Shown piece after piece: positions 36,428 through 48,188 of a DNA stretch of 64,000 bases (its first letter is position 1; the number at the start of each line of letters is the position of its first letter). This stretch comes from Lytechinus variegatus. Lineage: Eukaryota. The DNA is taken from NCBI RefSeq assembly GCF_018143015.1, contig NC_054743.1:35403243-35467242 (forward strand), given 5' to 3'. The translations under genes and the position numbers were made by a program. Under the pieces are notes generated by a model. The model saw nothing but the letters and a program-made list of their open reading frames with translations, did no database searches and was not told where the DNA came from.

Positions 36428-36900
36428 ATTAAAGGGGAAGTTCACCCTGGCAAAGAGTTTACGGTAAAAATAGCAGAAAAAAATAATGTAATATTGCCAA
36501 AGATTTGAGCAAAATCCATCATAGTATAAGAAATTCACTCATTTGATTTGTGATGTCATACATGTACATGTATGCGAGCAGCTTTCCTGCCTATCTATGA
36601 AATGTCATTTTCTCGGAAAACTGAAAATTGTTTTTACTGTACCTTCAACATAAAAATAGACAAATCATTTCACACCCCTGCCTATAAAAAAAGCAAAAAT
36701 AAATCCTCACGAATCATTACAAAAATTAAAATAATGCATTTTATATTACATAACATATGGGGCAGCTGCTCATTTATGACGTCACAAAAATTTAAATTTC
36801 TAATAACTTTATTAATCTTTAATTAATTTTCCTCAAACCTTCACCACTATTTTTTCTGCTATTTTTACAATATTTTCTTCAGGGTGAACTTCCCCTTTAA
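36428..36900. mobile_element. TTAA-flanked MITE, AGGGGAAGTTCACCCTG family (intron 3 of ZC4H2-like gene)
   Basis: ttaa|aggggaagttcaccctggcaaagag...tttatgacgtcacaaaaat...cagggtgaacttcccct|ttaa. Confidence 0.7.
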
Positions 36901-36929
36901 GTTTATAGATCATCCTTTCGTCTCGTGTA

Positions 36930-37102
36930 TACTACTTACTCTGGATCAAGTCTCCGGTCTTCCTCTGTAAGCTCTGGGATACGATCTAGTCCTATCGACA
37001 TTCTCTGGGCGTTGATTTGTTCTTTGAGGCAAACGTATTCCTGGTACATCTTCCAAGCTGCCTCAAACGCCTTGTTCCTGTCTCCCTCTGTGTTCTTTAT
37101 CA
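36930..37102 (-). CDS. ZC4H2: ZC4H2-like protein, coding exon 3: IESVIKNTEGDRNKAFEAAWKMYQEYVCLKEQINAQRMSIGLDRIPELTEEDRRLDP(E)
   Basis: Acceptor ctcttttcactctccctttaag|ATTGAG and donor CCAGA|gtaagtag. Only one of the three frames is open across the 173 nt. Predicted coiled-coil composition, similar to the middle of vertebrate ZC4H2. Confidence 0.75.
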
Positions 37103-37246
37103 CGCTCTCAATCTTAAAGGGAGAGTGAAAAGAGGGAGGGATGGACGCTGACGGAAGAAAGAAATAAACATTATATAAGTCTATGATGTTGATGATAATG
37201 ACAGCAATGCTATAATAATGATGTTGATGTTGATGACATCGATGAA

Positions 37247-37545
37247 GCGCCGTGGTGTAGCGGTTCTGACTCTAGCCTTGTAATCAGAGGGTTGTGTGTT
37301 CGAATCCCACCATGGCCTAGCGCCCTTTGGCAAGGCGTCAATCCACACTTTGCCACTCTCACCCAGGTGCTAATTGGGTACCGGTAGGACACAACGGTCA
37401 TTGTGGTTGGTTTAGCAAGTTTGCGCCTAACAGGCTGCTTGGAATGCTATGAATCCAGTGACCGGGTAATAATAATTGTAAAGCGCTTTGAACAGTCGTA
37501 GATTGATAAAGTGCTATATAAATGCCAATTATTATTACAATGATA
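37247..37545 (+). mobile_element. Composite tRNA-derived SINE (in intron 2 of ZC4H2-like gene), followed by a microsatellite
   Basis: tRNA-like head gccgtggtgtagcggttctgac...aatcagaggg...gtgttcgaatcccaccatggc. Central domain ...caaggcgtcaatccacactttgccactctcacccaggtgctaattgggtacc. Tail gtaaagcgctttgaacagtcgtagattgataaagtgctatataaatgccaattattatta. Same architecture as 63001-63290 and 49483-49800. Confidence 0.65.
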
Positions 37546-37980
37546 ATGAGGATGATAACGTTGATCACAATGGGTATTATGATAGTGATGAGATGATGAT
37601 GATCATGATCACTGCCATTATGATGATGTCAGCAATTTTCATGATAATGATGTTAATTATGATCATTATTCTCAATCCACTTTTCAGACTGATGATCACA
37701 AAGATAATGATAAAGGTGACGATACTGATTAAGGTGACAGATGGTGATGATGGTGGTGATGATGATGGTGATGATGAAGATGATGATAGTGATGATGGTG
37801 ATGATGGTGGTAGTTGTGATGATGATAATGATGATCATGATGATGGGGATGATGATGATGATGATGGATGGGGATAATGGTGATGATGATGATGGGGATG
37901 ATGATGATAATGATGATGACGATAACAATGATCGCTCAGTAATTATTTCCAAAACAATCATAATACACTTCACCAACTAA
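37546..37980. repeat. Microsatellite (ATG/GATGATGGT)n
   Basis: gatgatgatgatcatgatcactgcc...gatggtgatgatggtggtgatgatgatggtgatgatgaagatgatgat. The ORF-track peptides 37488-37877, 37653-37976 and 37741-37980 are artefacts. Confidence 0.9.
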
Positions 37981-38250
37981 CTTCGAAAGATACTGTTTAC
38001 TCTTTAGAAGAAGTGCATTGTGATCAATTTTTGTCTTGTTTTTCTCTTTAACTCTGCATTTGTATTATAGTTCGGCCATGCCTGACAAGCACCTGTTACT
38101 GGTCCCATTTACCATGTCTATTACATGCTTCATGTGTGTATCAAATTTTCCTGCAATTTTTTTTCATTGTATCCCTGATTGTTTCATTATAACCTGTAAA
38201 CATGTGAATACTGACAAATGAAATGAAATCAACGGGGAATTGTTACTCAC

Positions 38251-38422
38251 TGTGTTAATGTCTGAATGTATCTGTCTGAGTTCCTCTACGTGTGCCAGCC
38301 TCTCCTGGTTGAGCAGGTCCATCTCATGCCGATATTCCTTTAATCTATCCTCCTCCTTCTCGGCCTCCTGCATATCCACCAGGAGCCGACCCTTCATCTT
38401 CTCCAGGTGGACCGTCTGCGAC
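38251..38422 (-). CDS. ZC4H2: ZC4H2-like protein, coding exon 2: (R)SQTVHLEKMKGRLLVDMQEAEKEEDRLKEYRHEMDLLNQERLAHVEELRQIHSDINT
   Basis: Acceptor ccctcggtttccag|GTCGCAG and donor AACACA|gtgagtaac. The run EYRHEMDLLNQERLAHVEELRQIHSDIN parallels vertebrate ZC4H2 ([31 protein letters not shown]) as I recall it. Confidence 0.8.
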
Positions 38423-38523
38423 CTGGAAACCGAGGGATTATGGAAAAGAAAAATCATTATTCTTCCTCAATAGAAAATACCTCCATTTATCATACTATTC
38501 AGACTATGCAGTTTCTTAACCCC

Positions 38524-38935
38524 AGACTATCCTTAAAGGGGAAAGCTCAGTCTGTTGTAAAATTAGCAGACAAAATATTGGTGAAGGTTTGAAATATAAT
38601 CCATTAAATATTAAGAAAGTTATTAGAAATTCAAGTTTTTGATTTGTGACAACGTTAACGAGCAGCTGCTTCATATATATACACTATAGAATACATATTT
38701 CATTTTTTAATGTGATGACTTATTCTTAATCTTCTTTTTAGCAGCAAGTGTGAAATGATTTGGGTATCGATATACTGAATGTACAATAAAAACATTTTAA
38801 ATTGATTTTTTTACCATACGATACGTACGAAAGAAGCTTGCATATGACGTCACAAATCATATAATTAAAATTCTAACAACTTTTTTTTTATTTGTCAGCT
38901 TTTTGTCAGGTTGAACTTCCCTTTTAAATTCACAT
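38524..38935. mobile_element. TTAA-flanked MITE, AGGGGAA(A)G...CACC family (intron 1)
   Basis: ttaa|aggggaaagctcagtctg...tatgacgtcacaaatc...gtcaggttgaacttccctt|ttaa. Confidence 0.6.
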
Positions 38936-39221
38936 TTCCTCTTATTTTGTTGCAATTTGCTAGGCTAGGGTTAAGAAACAAACAAGATTCACTGTCTATC
39001 TAAATGTGTTTTCCGTGAAGGGGGGGGGGGGGGGCGGAAGCACATCATCAACATTACAGAAATGTTTAAGAACATTGAAACTTTAAAAAAACGGCATTAA
39101 TGGAAAGAAGAGAAAGGTCCATTTTGACTCAAAGATGAAAGCAAGATCAGAAGAGCTGCCACATTCGCCATGCATTTCAGCCCATTTCTCTAAAGCCACC
39201 TTATGGTACATATTGCTTATA

Positions 39222-39865
39222 CTTAACGGGCAAGTCAACCCCAAGTTATCAAAATGTGGATTTGAATAAGAAAATGTAAAGAAAAACAATCAAACAAGCA
39301 TAACACTGGAAATTTTATCAGGTTATCAAATTTCAAAAATTTGCTACTTTTCAGAGAGCAGTTATAGGCACAATGGTGAAATGCAAATGAAAGAGCCACA
39401 AACTATTTAATTTGGTTTCCACTTAATAATAATAAATATTTCAATATTCTCCAATTTCACAATGAGGAACCAACTTCATAGAACCACAATAAAGTTGCAA
39501 CAATTGCAATCCAACATATCAAAGGAGGAATCAAAATCCGATATGTCACCTTATTTACTGGGTGCCATCCAGATATTGTGTACAGATTCAAACCTTGTTT
39601 CACATCATGATGAAAAAAAGAAGATTTTTTCATATCTCACATGACAAAATAGTGGGTGAGTGATATGATATTATCACTTCCCTCATTTGCATACCGATCA
39701 AGATGTGATTAACTGTTTTGTGAAATCGAGCAAAATTCTACAATGTCATAACTCTACATTCCACATCCAATATTGATGAAATTTTCAGGTTTATGTTGTT
39801 TGATTTTCCTCTTGTCATTCATTTATCAAACCAATTTTTTTGTTGGGGAGGACTTGTCGTTTGAA
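39222..39865. mobile_element. Foldback element, TGATGACGTCATC family (diverged copy)
   Basis: ttaa|cgggcaagtcaaccccaagttatcaaaatgtggatttgaataagaaaatgtaaag...ggtgaaatgcaaatgaaagag on the left. The right arm is ...catttgcataccgatcaagatgtgattaactgttttgtgaaatcgagcaaaattctacaatgtcataactc...gttggggaggacttgtcg. Confidence 0.65.
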
Positions 39866-40423
39866 GTTTATTTAAGTTCTGATAAATCAATCCCCTACTC
39901 TCCAAAGTGCAGGTCAATATTCCAATTAATCACTTGATTATATGAGTTTGTATGCCCGATAACAGTTATGATATGAATGAAAGGAAAAAAATGTGTTTCA
40001 TTGAACAAATTGTTAGAGTTTACATTAAGATACTTTTAGAATGGGTGCCAGATCAAATAAAAATATCTTCATATTTTTCTATTTTGATATAAAACCTAGA
40101 CTCAAAATTATTGAGTGGGTTGAAAAAATCTGGATACAACATTCGTCTAAAGCTTTTGAATTTTCCCTTTTTTTAAGAAAATATAAACATTGTGGAAAGA
40201 GAGAGAGATAAAAAAGAAAAATATAAATTATAAAATATAATATAATATTTATGAATTTTCAAAAAGAACTATTAATGGTTGAAACAGATTGAAAAGACAA
40301 TACACTTTTGCATTTTATTGCAATGCTATGTGTTTGATAATTCATGTAAACGACCTTTCAACAAAGAGCTTTAAAGCAAACTACATAGTTGAGAATAAGT
40401 AGTAGTTCTATCAGGTTTGAATT

Positions 40424-40474
40424 TTTAACTTTGTACATTTTCAACTGGAATAATTACCAGTTGAAAATGTACAA
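40424..40474. repeat. Perfect hairpin (22-bp arms)
   Basis: aactttgtacattttcaactgg aataatta ccagttgaaaatgtacaaagtt. Confidence 0.7.
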
Positions 40475-42097
40475 AGTTAAAATCTGTCATTGCTTTGATA
40501 GATAGTCTGGGCCCTGGGGTAATTGGTTTTAAAATGCTTAACAATCAAAGAAATAAATATTGAATATTTAGCAGAATCAATAAATGAAAATATCGTGTGA
40601 AATACATGAGCAGTATCTTTCGTCGGTATGCACATGTATGTCATGTAAGCATTTTTATACATACTTTTGCATTTTTGTACAATGATCATTGATTTGATTT
40701 TAATACAATAGATGGAAATCAAACCAAAGTACAAATTTGATTAAGATTTTGATTGTGGAAATTCAATAAATTCATTCATTCATTCATTCTTAGAATTCAT
40801 TCATTCATTCAAATATTGAGGTAAAACAGATATGTAAAAGGAAAGATCCACTCCTTTTAATAGCAATATTCTTTTACAATTTTGAAAGGACTATTGAAAG
40901 GACTATGATTAATTACCATCAAGTGCATTTTATAAGTATGTTACCTGTTAGAATAAGAAAAAAATTATTTTGTATTGTAGCCTACAATGCCCCAATGGAT
41001 CTAACAAAACAATAATAGCAGGCTTGTATCTCTTGTATCAGAAATGTGAAATTTATTGTTTTTACAATAAGCAAATGCCAGGGGAAAGGGGTCTCAAATT
41101 ACAAAACAGAAGATGTTGAGTAGTGTAAGACAATATTTTTCTCTCTTATTATTTCAATTTTGTTCAGTAATCTTTTCTAAATGACCATTTGAAAATAAAT
41201 CAAAATGTAGTACATGTATTACTCCATTTTAAAGAATTATGGATGAACACAAAAACTTTGAATCTTTACACTGGCTGTTGTAATTCTATGGACTACAATT
41301 ATGGAAAAGTCCATAATTCAATTTTTTTAAAAATGAATATTAAAAAAAGAATTAAATTTTACAGTTGAACAATTTCTTAATCTCATTTAAAGTTTGCAAA
41401 AATGTAAATAAATGTAAAAAAAAAATACACAAATACACATCCAGTCAAGAAACTGGCTCATTAAAGCCTGAAGTTTTAGCAACTCCCCAGCAAAATGTCT
41501 GTCACTATTCCATTGATTAGTCAATGATGAAAAATTATTTCATTGTACACTGTAATAAATGTATGCGCTTTGGGCCTCATGGGAAATGCGCCGTATATTA
41601 ATATGAACATGGAGGTATACCCTACAAGTATGATGTGGAGGACACTTGTTTAAAAATGGATGTAATTAGATAATTATGAAGTTTACATTCATTGGGGGTG
41701 GTTTTGTGCCCTATAAAAATAAAATATCTGCACATTTTGTTCTCTCTCTCTTTTGATGTAAAAATCAATTCCTGTAGCATGTGGAAATTTCAGGATATTT
41801 CCTGCTATGTCATCATCAAAATTACTTTAAAAAAACAAGTAATCAAAATGCCATTTTTAAAGAAAAAAAAACTAAATCAACCAAGAGAGTGAGCTAGAAA
41901 AAAAGGAAGAAACATTCAACAAAGAAATTAACAGATTAACAAAATTAAGGGTAATACACTATTGTATGATTGCATGCAATTCATGTTATTGACCCACTAT
42001 AGTCTACATCACTGAAGTTTTTAGAGAGACTTTAAAAAAAGACTTTTAAAATAGAATATGTATAATACTAAATAGGTTCATTATTGCGGATTGAAAT

Positions 42098-42315
42098 AAT
42101 CGCTAGAGGGTATTCATTTGTCTCGCAATCTACTATGGTCAACAAGGAAATTCGTGATCACTCTTGCAAAGCTCGTGAACTTGTAAGCTAGTGAACACTT
42201 TTTGCGAGAGTGATCACGAATTTCCTAGAAAGCCAGTGAACACTTTTTGCGAGAGTGATCACGAATTTCCTTGTTGACCATAGTAGATTGCGAGACAAAT
42301 GAATACCCTCTAGCG
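42098..42315. mobile_element. MITE with ~65-bp TIRs and an internal tandem duplication
   Basis: aatcgctagagggtattcatttgtctcgcaatctactatggtcaacaaggaaattcgtgatcactct...(cactttttgcgagagtgatcacgaatttcc x2)...ttgttgaccatagtagattgcgagacaaatgaataccctctagcgatt. Confidence 0.75.
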
Positions 42316-43529
42316 ATTAAGAATATGTATGTACGCAAAGTGTGAATCAAAACATTAAAAATAAAACATAATACATATTATTACCTACATGTATACAAGG
42401 CATTTTAGCAGATAAATAAATGTCATATTTCCCTTGCTACTTTTCAATTCAAGACCAACAGGGTTAACAAGTGCCATGTTGCTCTTTCCAGGAAACATCA
42501 CTTGCCCTTTAATAAAAGAACCATATTGCCCTCGTCTAAGACTCGGGCCATTATCATTCTGTTGCGGGCAACAGTAAAAAAAAAAACACTGCACGTAAAG
42601 GCCAGTCACATATGCTTAAATTTCAAAATACATGTGATAAAAACAAGTTTCACAAATGGACTTTCATGAAAAATCATCCATGAATTATCATGTTTCAGAT
42701 CTATGCAAGTGATTACAAAATAAATGATAACAAAATATATACAATTATAAAAAGATGGGCTGCAAGTATGGAAGTTGAAATAAAAGCACTTTGTTTTGTG
42801 AATTAAAAGTCATTTATTTTCATTTCCTTTCTGTCAGATTAATTTTACCAAAACATTTTAAAGCTAACAGAATATTTTATCAAACAATGGTCCTTCTCCT
42901 TGGTTTTCTTTTCACATTTGGTAGTGAACATTTTCTTTTCTTACAATAACCCGAATACAAAAGGCATTGTTGCGATCCGCCAGACCAAACAAATTACATG
43001 TATAATAGATAGTGGGCATTATTTGTATATGTAAAAGTGTCTTTGATAATAACAACCAATTACTCGAGTGTTGACCGAATAATGCTTGAAAAGGGACAGT
43101 ATGCATCCAAGTCTCTGCTGTTTTTGCACGAAGAACAAACATCAGTCACTCGATTAAATTCAAATAAGGAATCATTCATATGACAGTATTTTATTTCAGT
43201 ATTCTATACAGCATTTTAAACCCCTCAAAAAAAGTTTTGCAACTCATTTTTGGGGGATGATATCTTTTTGGTTAATGAAGTATAAAAGATGAAACTGGTA
43301 TCATTGGAAAGCTGAATTATTCTTCTTTACAATGACATGCCATTTGCTGTGATTATGTAATCATGGAATATGCAATCACCCTGAACATCGAGAAAAGTCA
43401 GAAGTGAAATGTTGCAAAATGCATTGATTTCCAAAAAGAGTCTCCATTTCTATAGAATTTCCACCATGCAGGTGACAGTGAATGCACTCGGTCCATCCTC
43501 GAAACAATTGGAAATTCGCTATTGCAAAC

Positions 43530-43925
43530 GACGCATTTTGCAACATTTCATGTCTAACATTGCTGTGTATTATCATGTCTGTGTATTTCATGATAACACT
43601 AGCATTACAAATGACACATGATTGTAAAGAAGAATAATCATGCTTTCTAAAGATATCACTTTTACACATGATGATGGCACATTAAGAAATTTATTAGCAC
43701 TCAAACTTGCAGTTTGAGTTGCAGAACTCAAACATGACATGGCAACGAATTTTGCAACATTTCATTTTTTACATTGCTGCATATTTATCATGTCTGTGTA
43801 TTTCATGATAACACTAGCATTACGAATGACACATGATCGTAAAGAGAAATAATCATACTTTCCAATGATACCACTTTTACATATGATGATGGCACACTAA
43901 GAAATTTATTAGCACTCAAACTTGT
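43530..43925. repeat. Tandem duplication, ~220-bp unit x 2
   Basis: ttgcaacatttcat.t.taacattgctg.at.ttatcatgtctgtgtatttcatgataacactagcattac.aatgacacatgat.gtaaaga.aataatcat.ctttc.aa.gata.cacttttaca.atgatgatggcaca.taagaaatttattagcactcaaacttg occurs twice, with ~90% identity. Confidence 0.75.
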
Positions 43926-44678
43926 GTTGCGGAACTTATTTTGAGGGGTTTATATTGAAACCATCTCGTACTTTCAATCCATAGTTGACCGAACATGAAT
44001 CAGAAAATATGAAAACCATGGGATATTCTTTCTTTGAATTATACTCTCTGTTTCCATTCGATGGGGCTGTAACATTGTTTCACTTTATTTTTTCAGAAAC
44101 ACACTTTAAATATGAGAACATCCTTACTTCATTTCATGAATTAAAAGTAATGCTCATGTATGGTAATGCTCATGTATGATGGATGTAAGCTGTTCGATTC
44201 ATGACATTGGATTCTAAAGGTATTAGACTGCTCTTCCAACTTTGGTATAGCATTATAGTTTGAATAGCTCTGCATGTATATCCCACAATATTGAAGGAAA
44301 TTAATCTTTTATATTAAAATGTTGAAATTCAAAATCTGAGAGGAATATAGCATCTTCAAGGAAAATGTTGTTGACAAAACATATACATGTAGCTTTCATA
44401 CACCGTCCCTTTTATACGAAAAATTGTATCATTTTTTCACTTTCATTTTGAGATCATTCTAGGCTGATAATGTGCAATATCAAAATTAACAACAGTTATT
44501 GAAACCAACTTTGAAAAATAAATAATTGGGGAATGATTACACAATAAGCAGTTGTTAGCATTCCGTTTCATTCAAAATGTTTTTCTTTCTTTCGAAGATT
44601 TGGGGTAAATAAAAATCTCATCTTGACTCCAAATTTATTGACGATAATATACTCTCAAAGCTGTTGAAAGTCACTTAC

Positions 44679-44710
44679 CTTAGAACATTTTCCAGCAAAT
44701 GGATACTCAT
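44679..44710 (-). CDS. ZC4H2: ZC4H2-like protein, coding exon 1: MSIHLLENVL(R), start codon at 44708-44710
   Basis: The minus strand reads aacagg ATG AGT ATC CAT TTG CTG GAA AAT GTT CTA AG|gtaagtgactttcaacag. An in-frame TGA lies 12 codons upstream. There is A at -3. Ending on 2 nt (AG) joins with G of exon 2 to give Arg. It loosely parallels the vertebrate N-terminus ...KLESIKEIR|NKT. Confidence 0.6.
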
Positions 44711-45500
44711 CCTGTTTCCTCCTATTAATAACAGTTTCAAATATCAGATAACCCCTCCTCAAAATTGTCCTAAAACTATGCAACAGTTGTCCTAAAACTA
44801 TGCAACAGTTGTCCAAAAACTTGCAGCAATAACAGAGGGTATATACATGTAAAGGACCATATAAGAATGGCTAATAGTCACAGAAGAAGTTGTCCTGTAT
44901 AAAAGTAGTGCAACATTGGTCCAAAACTTGCCACAAAATGGGTAGATAATGGGAAAAGACGATTGCTAATCGTAGGGGAGGGCCTCAAATGAGTTGTCCA
45001 AAACATGCATCAAAGGGATAGGATAGAGGAGCAAGATAATGACAAGTCAGAGAAGAGGAGGTCCCTTAAAAAGCATGGCAAGAGTGGTCCGTAATTGCAG
45101 CAAGAGGGATAGCTCAGACAATGACTCTTCATGGGAAAAAAGAGGTGGATGCAATTCATAAGATCCAAGTTTGCAGACACCATCCACGACGAGCGAGGGA
45201 GCCGCCTTCTTGATCGCGCCGGAGCAGTGGATAAAATGAGCAATCTTGGTCAATGCAATCACTAATCGACCCTACTTGAATAGAGCTCAGCTGCTGCATG
45301 CCCCGATTGTTGGCTAAAGTGCTGGAGTCTTTTGTGTTCGCGTGTCTTGTCTGCTAGACCATGAACATGGGTAGCATAGTGTCTCAGACGCAGTAAAGGG
45401 GGAGGGGCCTATCGGAAACAAATTTGGCTGGCTGGCTGGCAAGCCAATCCTTCACCTTCCCCCTTCTCTCTCTATTTGTCTTCCCCCTCACTCTCTTGCT
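44711..45500 (-). promoter_or_regulatory. Putative promoter / 5' region of the ZC4H2-like gene (locally CpG- and GC-enriched, CT-rich tract, CCAAT)
   Basis: 45170-45420 holds cgacgagcgagggagccgccttcttgatcgcgccggagcag, gttcgcgtgtc and gacgcagtaaaggggg, unusually CpG-dense for this window. caagccaatcc is at 45438. A polypyrimidine block is at 45440-45530. No TSS can be assigned from sequence alone. Confidence 0.3.
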
Positions 45501-45635
45501 CTCCTCTTCATATTTTCTTCTCTTTTTTTTTTAAATCGATTGTCTAATTTATTTTCTTTGTTTCATTGATATTTATCATTTTTCTTTTACTCCTGGTAAG
45601 TGTTTTTAGTCACAATCCTGTTGAAAGTCACTTAC

Positions 45636-45667
45636 CTGAGAGCATTTTCCAGCGAGTGGATGCTCAC
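45636..45667 (-). pseudogene. Duplicated copy of ZC4H2-like exon 1 plus donor, lacking the ATG (GTG) - pseudo-exon or alternative non-coding 5' exon
   Basis: The minus strand reads GTG AGC ATC CAC TCG CTG GAA AAT GCT CTC AG|gtaagtgactttcaacagg. It is ~80% identical over ~55 bp to 44657-44712 including the 18 intronic nt after the donor. The frame is open back to a TGA with no ATG. Confidence 0.5.
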
Positions 45668-46861
45668 CCCGCCCTCCTTCTCTTTACAGTACTTAACAAT
45701 TTCAGTTAAGTGTTTATAGCCAAGAAAAGATGATCAAAGTACATTTTATTGTATATTTAAGACTCACTTAAATTCATCAAGTAAAAAAATAAAATCTGTT
45801 TCATTTGAAAGAAGATATGCATTATGCAATACATATTATCTACATGTATGTATTTGTCTCAAAATCATACAGTTTTTCATTTCAAAATATTGAAAAAAAA
45901 TATTGATTGTGACATTTGAAATGAGTAATATTTGACAAATAAGGCCCTAATGGCAGACTTGCACGCAATATACAGGAGAACAGAAAACATAAAGGACCTA
46001 ATGATAATAAAAATATTAATACAATTTGCCCTATGAAATCAGACAATCACACTATCTATAACTTACTAATACAGATAAAATGACACTAGCAACAAATTTC
46101 AAGCACCCATGATACTAATACAATCTAGAATTGTCCTTAAGAAAATGAAAGAAGAGATAAAAGAGTGAGGGAAAGGGGAACGATGACAGTTTGATCTATC
46201 CGAGGATAATCTGATACTGGCTGGGAGCCGACGGGTTAATACGGGGCAACAGGAGGCTCGCTTCCCAAATCACTGAGCAGGGACGGATAAAATGCCCCCA
46301 ATCAGGCTGTTAACACCTCCATCAATTATTCAGGCCGGAGGCAAGCTACCAACCACCGAGCATTATCTGGCAACAAATCCCTATACTCCGTCATTCTTTG
46401 GTGTCTTCCAAGCTACCTTATAGCTCTCCCCGGGTGCGTTTATCATCTCTTTTCTGCGGTAAAAAGAATCACGTTTTCAAAACGTGTTTTGAGGTTCTTT
46501 TTGCAGATATGATATTAAATGCAAAGGTGTTTTGATTGTTGCCGATTGGGCTTGTAAAGACTTTTCGGATTGCACAAATTTGTGTGAATTTTAATATTTA
46601 TGTCCGAGCCTGAAATATTAATCTACAATGCTGCATAAGGGACAAACGCAAAGTTGTATTGAAATGCAGTTGAACTTCCATCACTTCTGCCCATTTCAGG
46701 TTCCAGAGTATAAACTGACCCACAATTCAAACTGATTTGAGAAGACAAGAAAGAGAATATTTAGAGGTTGACAAATAAAATTCAGCAAGAAATTTTATAA
46801 GACACAGATCATATGTAAGATAGAGAAAAGGATATATTGATACATAAAGATGCTCTACTTT

Positions 46862-47478
46862 TTAAAGTACAAGTCCATCTTGCCAACAAAAAAAGTTGAT
46901 TTGAATGAAAAGGGAAAAACCAAGCAAGCATAGCACAGAAAGTTTCATCATGAAATGGGATGTAAAATAAGAAAGTTATGACATTTCAAAATTTTGTTGA
47001 ATTTCACTAAACAGTTATATTCACAGAGGCCTACTGGTCGGTATGCAAATATCAAAGGGGACTGATGAAATCGCCAACTCTCTATTTCTGTTGCATTTTC
47101 TAACATGAAATATGAAATATTTTAATGTTTTCATTGTCATGTGAAATAAAGGCTTATTCCTCCCCTGAACATGTAGAATCACCACTGTTTGTTTTATGGT
47201 TCAGTCAGGTAGGTCCTTATTGTGAAATCTGTAGAAATTGAAATATTGTATACTAGTAAATCAAACAGTAAAAAAAAAAGAAATGGTGAGGGACATCATC
47301 GACTCTCTCACTGAGTTGTGCAAATAGTAACTGTTTTGTCAAAAAGGGGGATTTAAAATGTCATATAACTGTCTTATTTTACATCCAACTTTGATGAAAT
47401 TTTCAGTGTTTTGCTTGCTTGATTTTTCTCTAATGATTCAAATCAGCATTCTTCTTGGGTGGACTTGACCTTTAAAGA
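46862..47478. mobile_element. Foldback element, TGATGACGTCATC family, TTAA-flanked
   Basis: ttaa|agtacaagtccatcttgccaac...ggtcggtatgcaaatatcaaaggggactgatgaaatcgcc on the left. The right arm is ...gagggacatcatcgactctctcactgag...gggtggacttgacct|ttaa. Confidence 0.75.
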
Positions 47479-47800
47479 CATAATGGGTAAAATCATAAAG
47501 GGTCTTTTTATAAAATTCCAGAACTTTTATGTGTGCTTTACATGGATTAAAAATACCCGGGAGGTATTAAAAAGCAAATCAAATTTGTGCAGACAATTTC
47601 AAAATAATGTCTGTAACTGAAAAAACAAGATAATGTTTCAGTTGCATGGTGTTTAATAGTCACATTTTAGTACATGGAATAAAACGGGGAAGGGGATTCC
47701 AGGGAGTTGGGAGTGATTCCATGTTCATTTTTTACTTTTATGAACACTACATACTGGTTTCGAAGTGTGTTTTAAAAGCTTCATTTAAAGATAAAATTCC

Positions 47801-48188
47801 AGTTTTGGTAACGATCTCAAAATGTCTTTTTATAGAATCTAAAATAATGATGACCCAAGTGACTGTTTGTATGAATAAAAAATATGTGCCAAAGGATTCT
47901 GGAAGAAATTGTGTAATTGCTGAGAAATAAGCAAAATAAGCGTGGATTCAGTCACTTCCGTCGGGTCTTTATTCCAGCAATAATAATACACTGTCCCAAT
48001 TGTGCCTATCTGTGTTGGTGATCTTCAGTGTGAACATTTTCAGCGTAGATTTCAAGATTTCACAAAGTTCAGTTTATGTAACTGTACCAGATCTAGATCC
48101 TCGATGATAAACTGACAATTAAGCCTGGTTTTAAAGACTTTCTCATGAAATAAGTGTTTACTGCAACTACTGGTATTTCTCTTTAACA
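47801..48188 (+). repeat. Dispersed repeat, R family copy 2
   Basis: See 31711-32100. The two copies are ~88% identical across ~390 bp. Confidence 0.7.
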
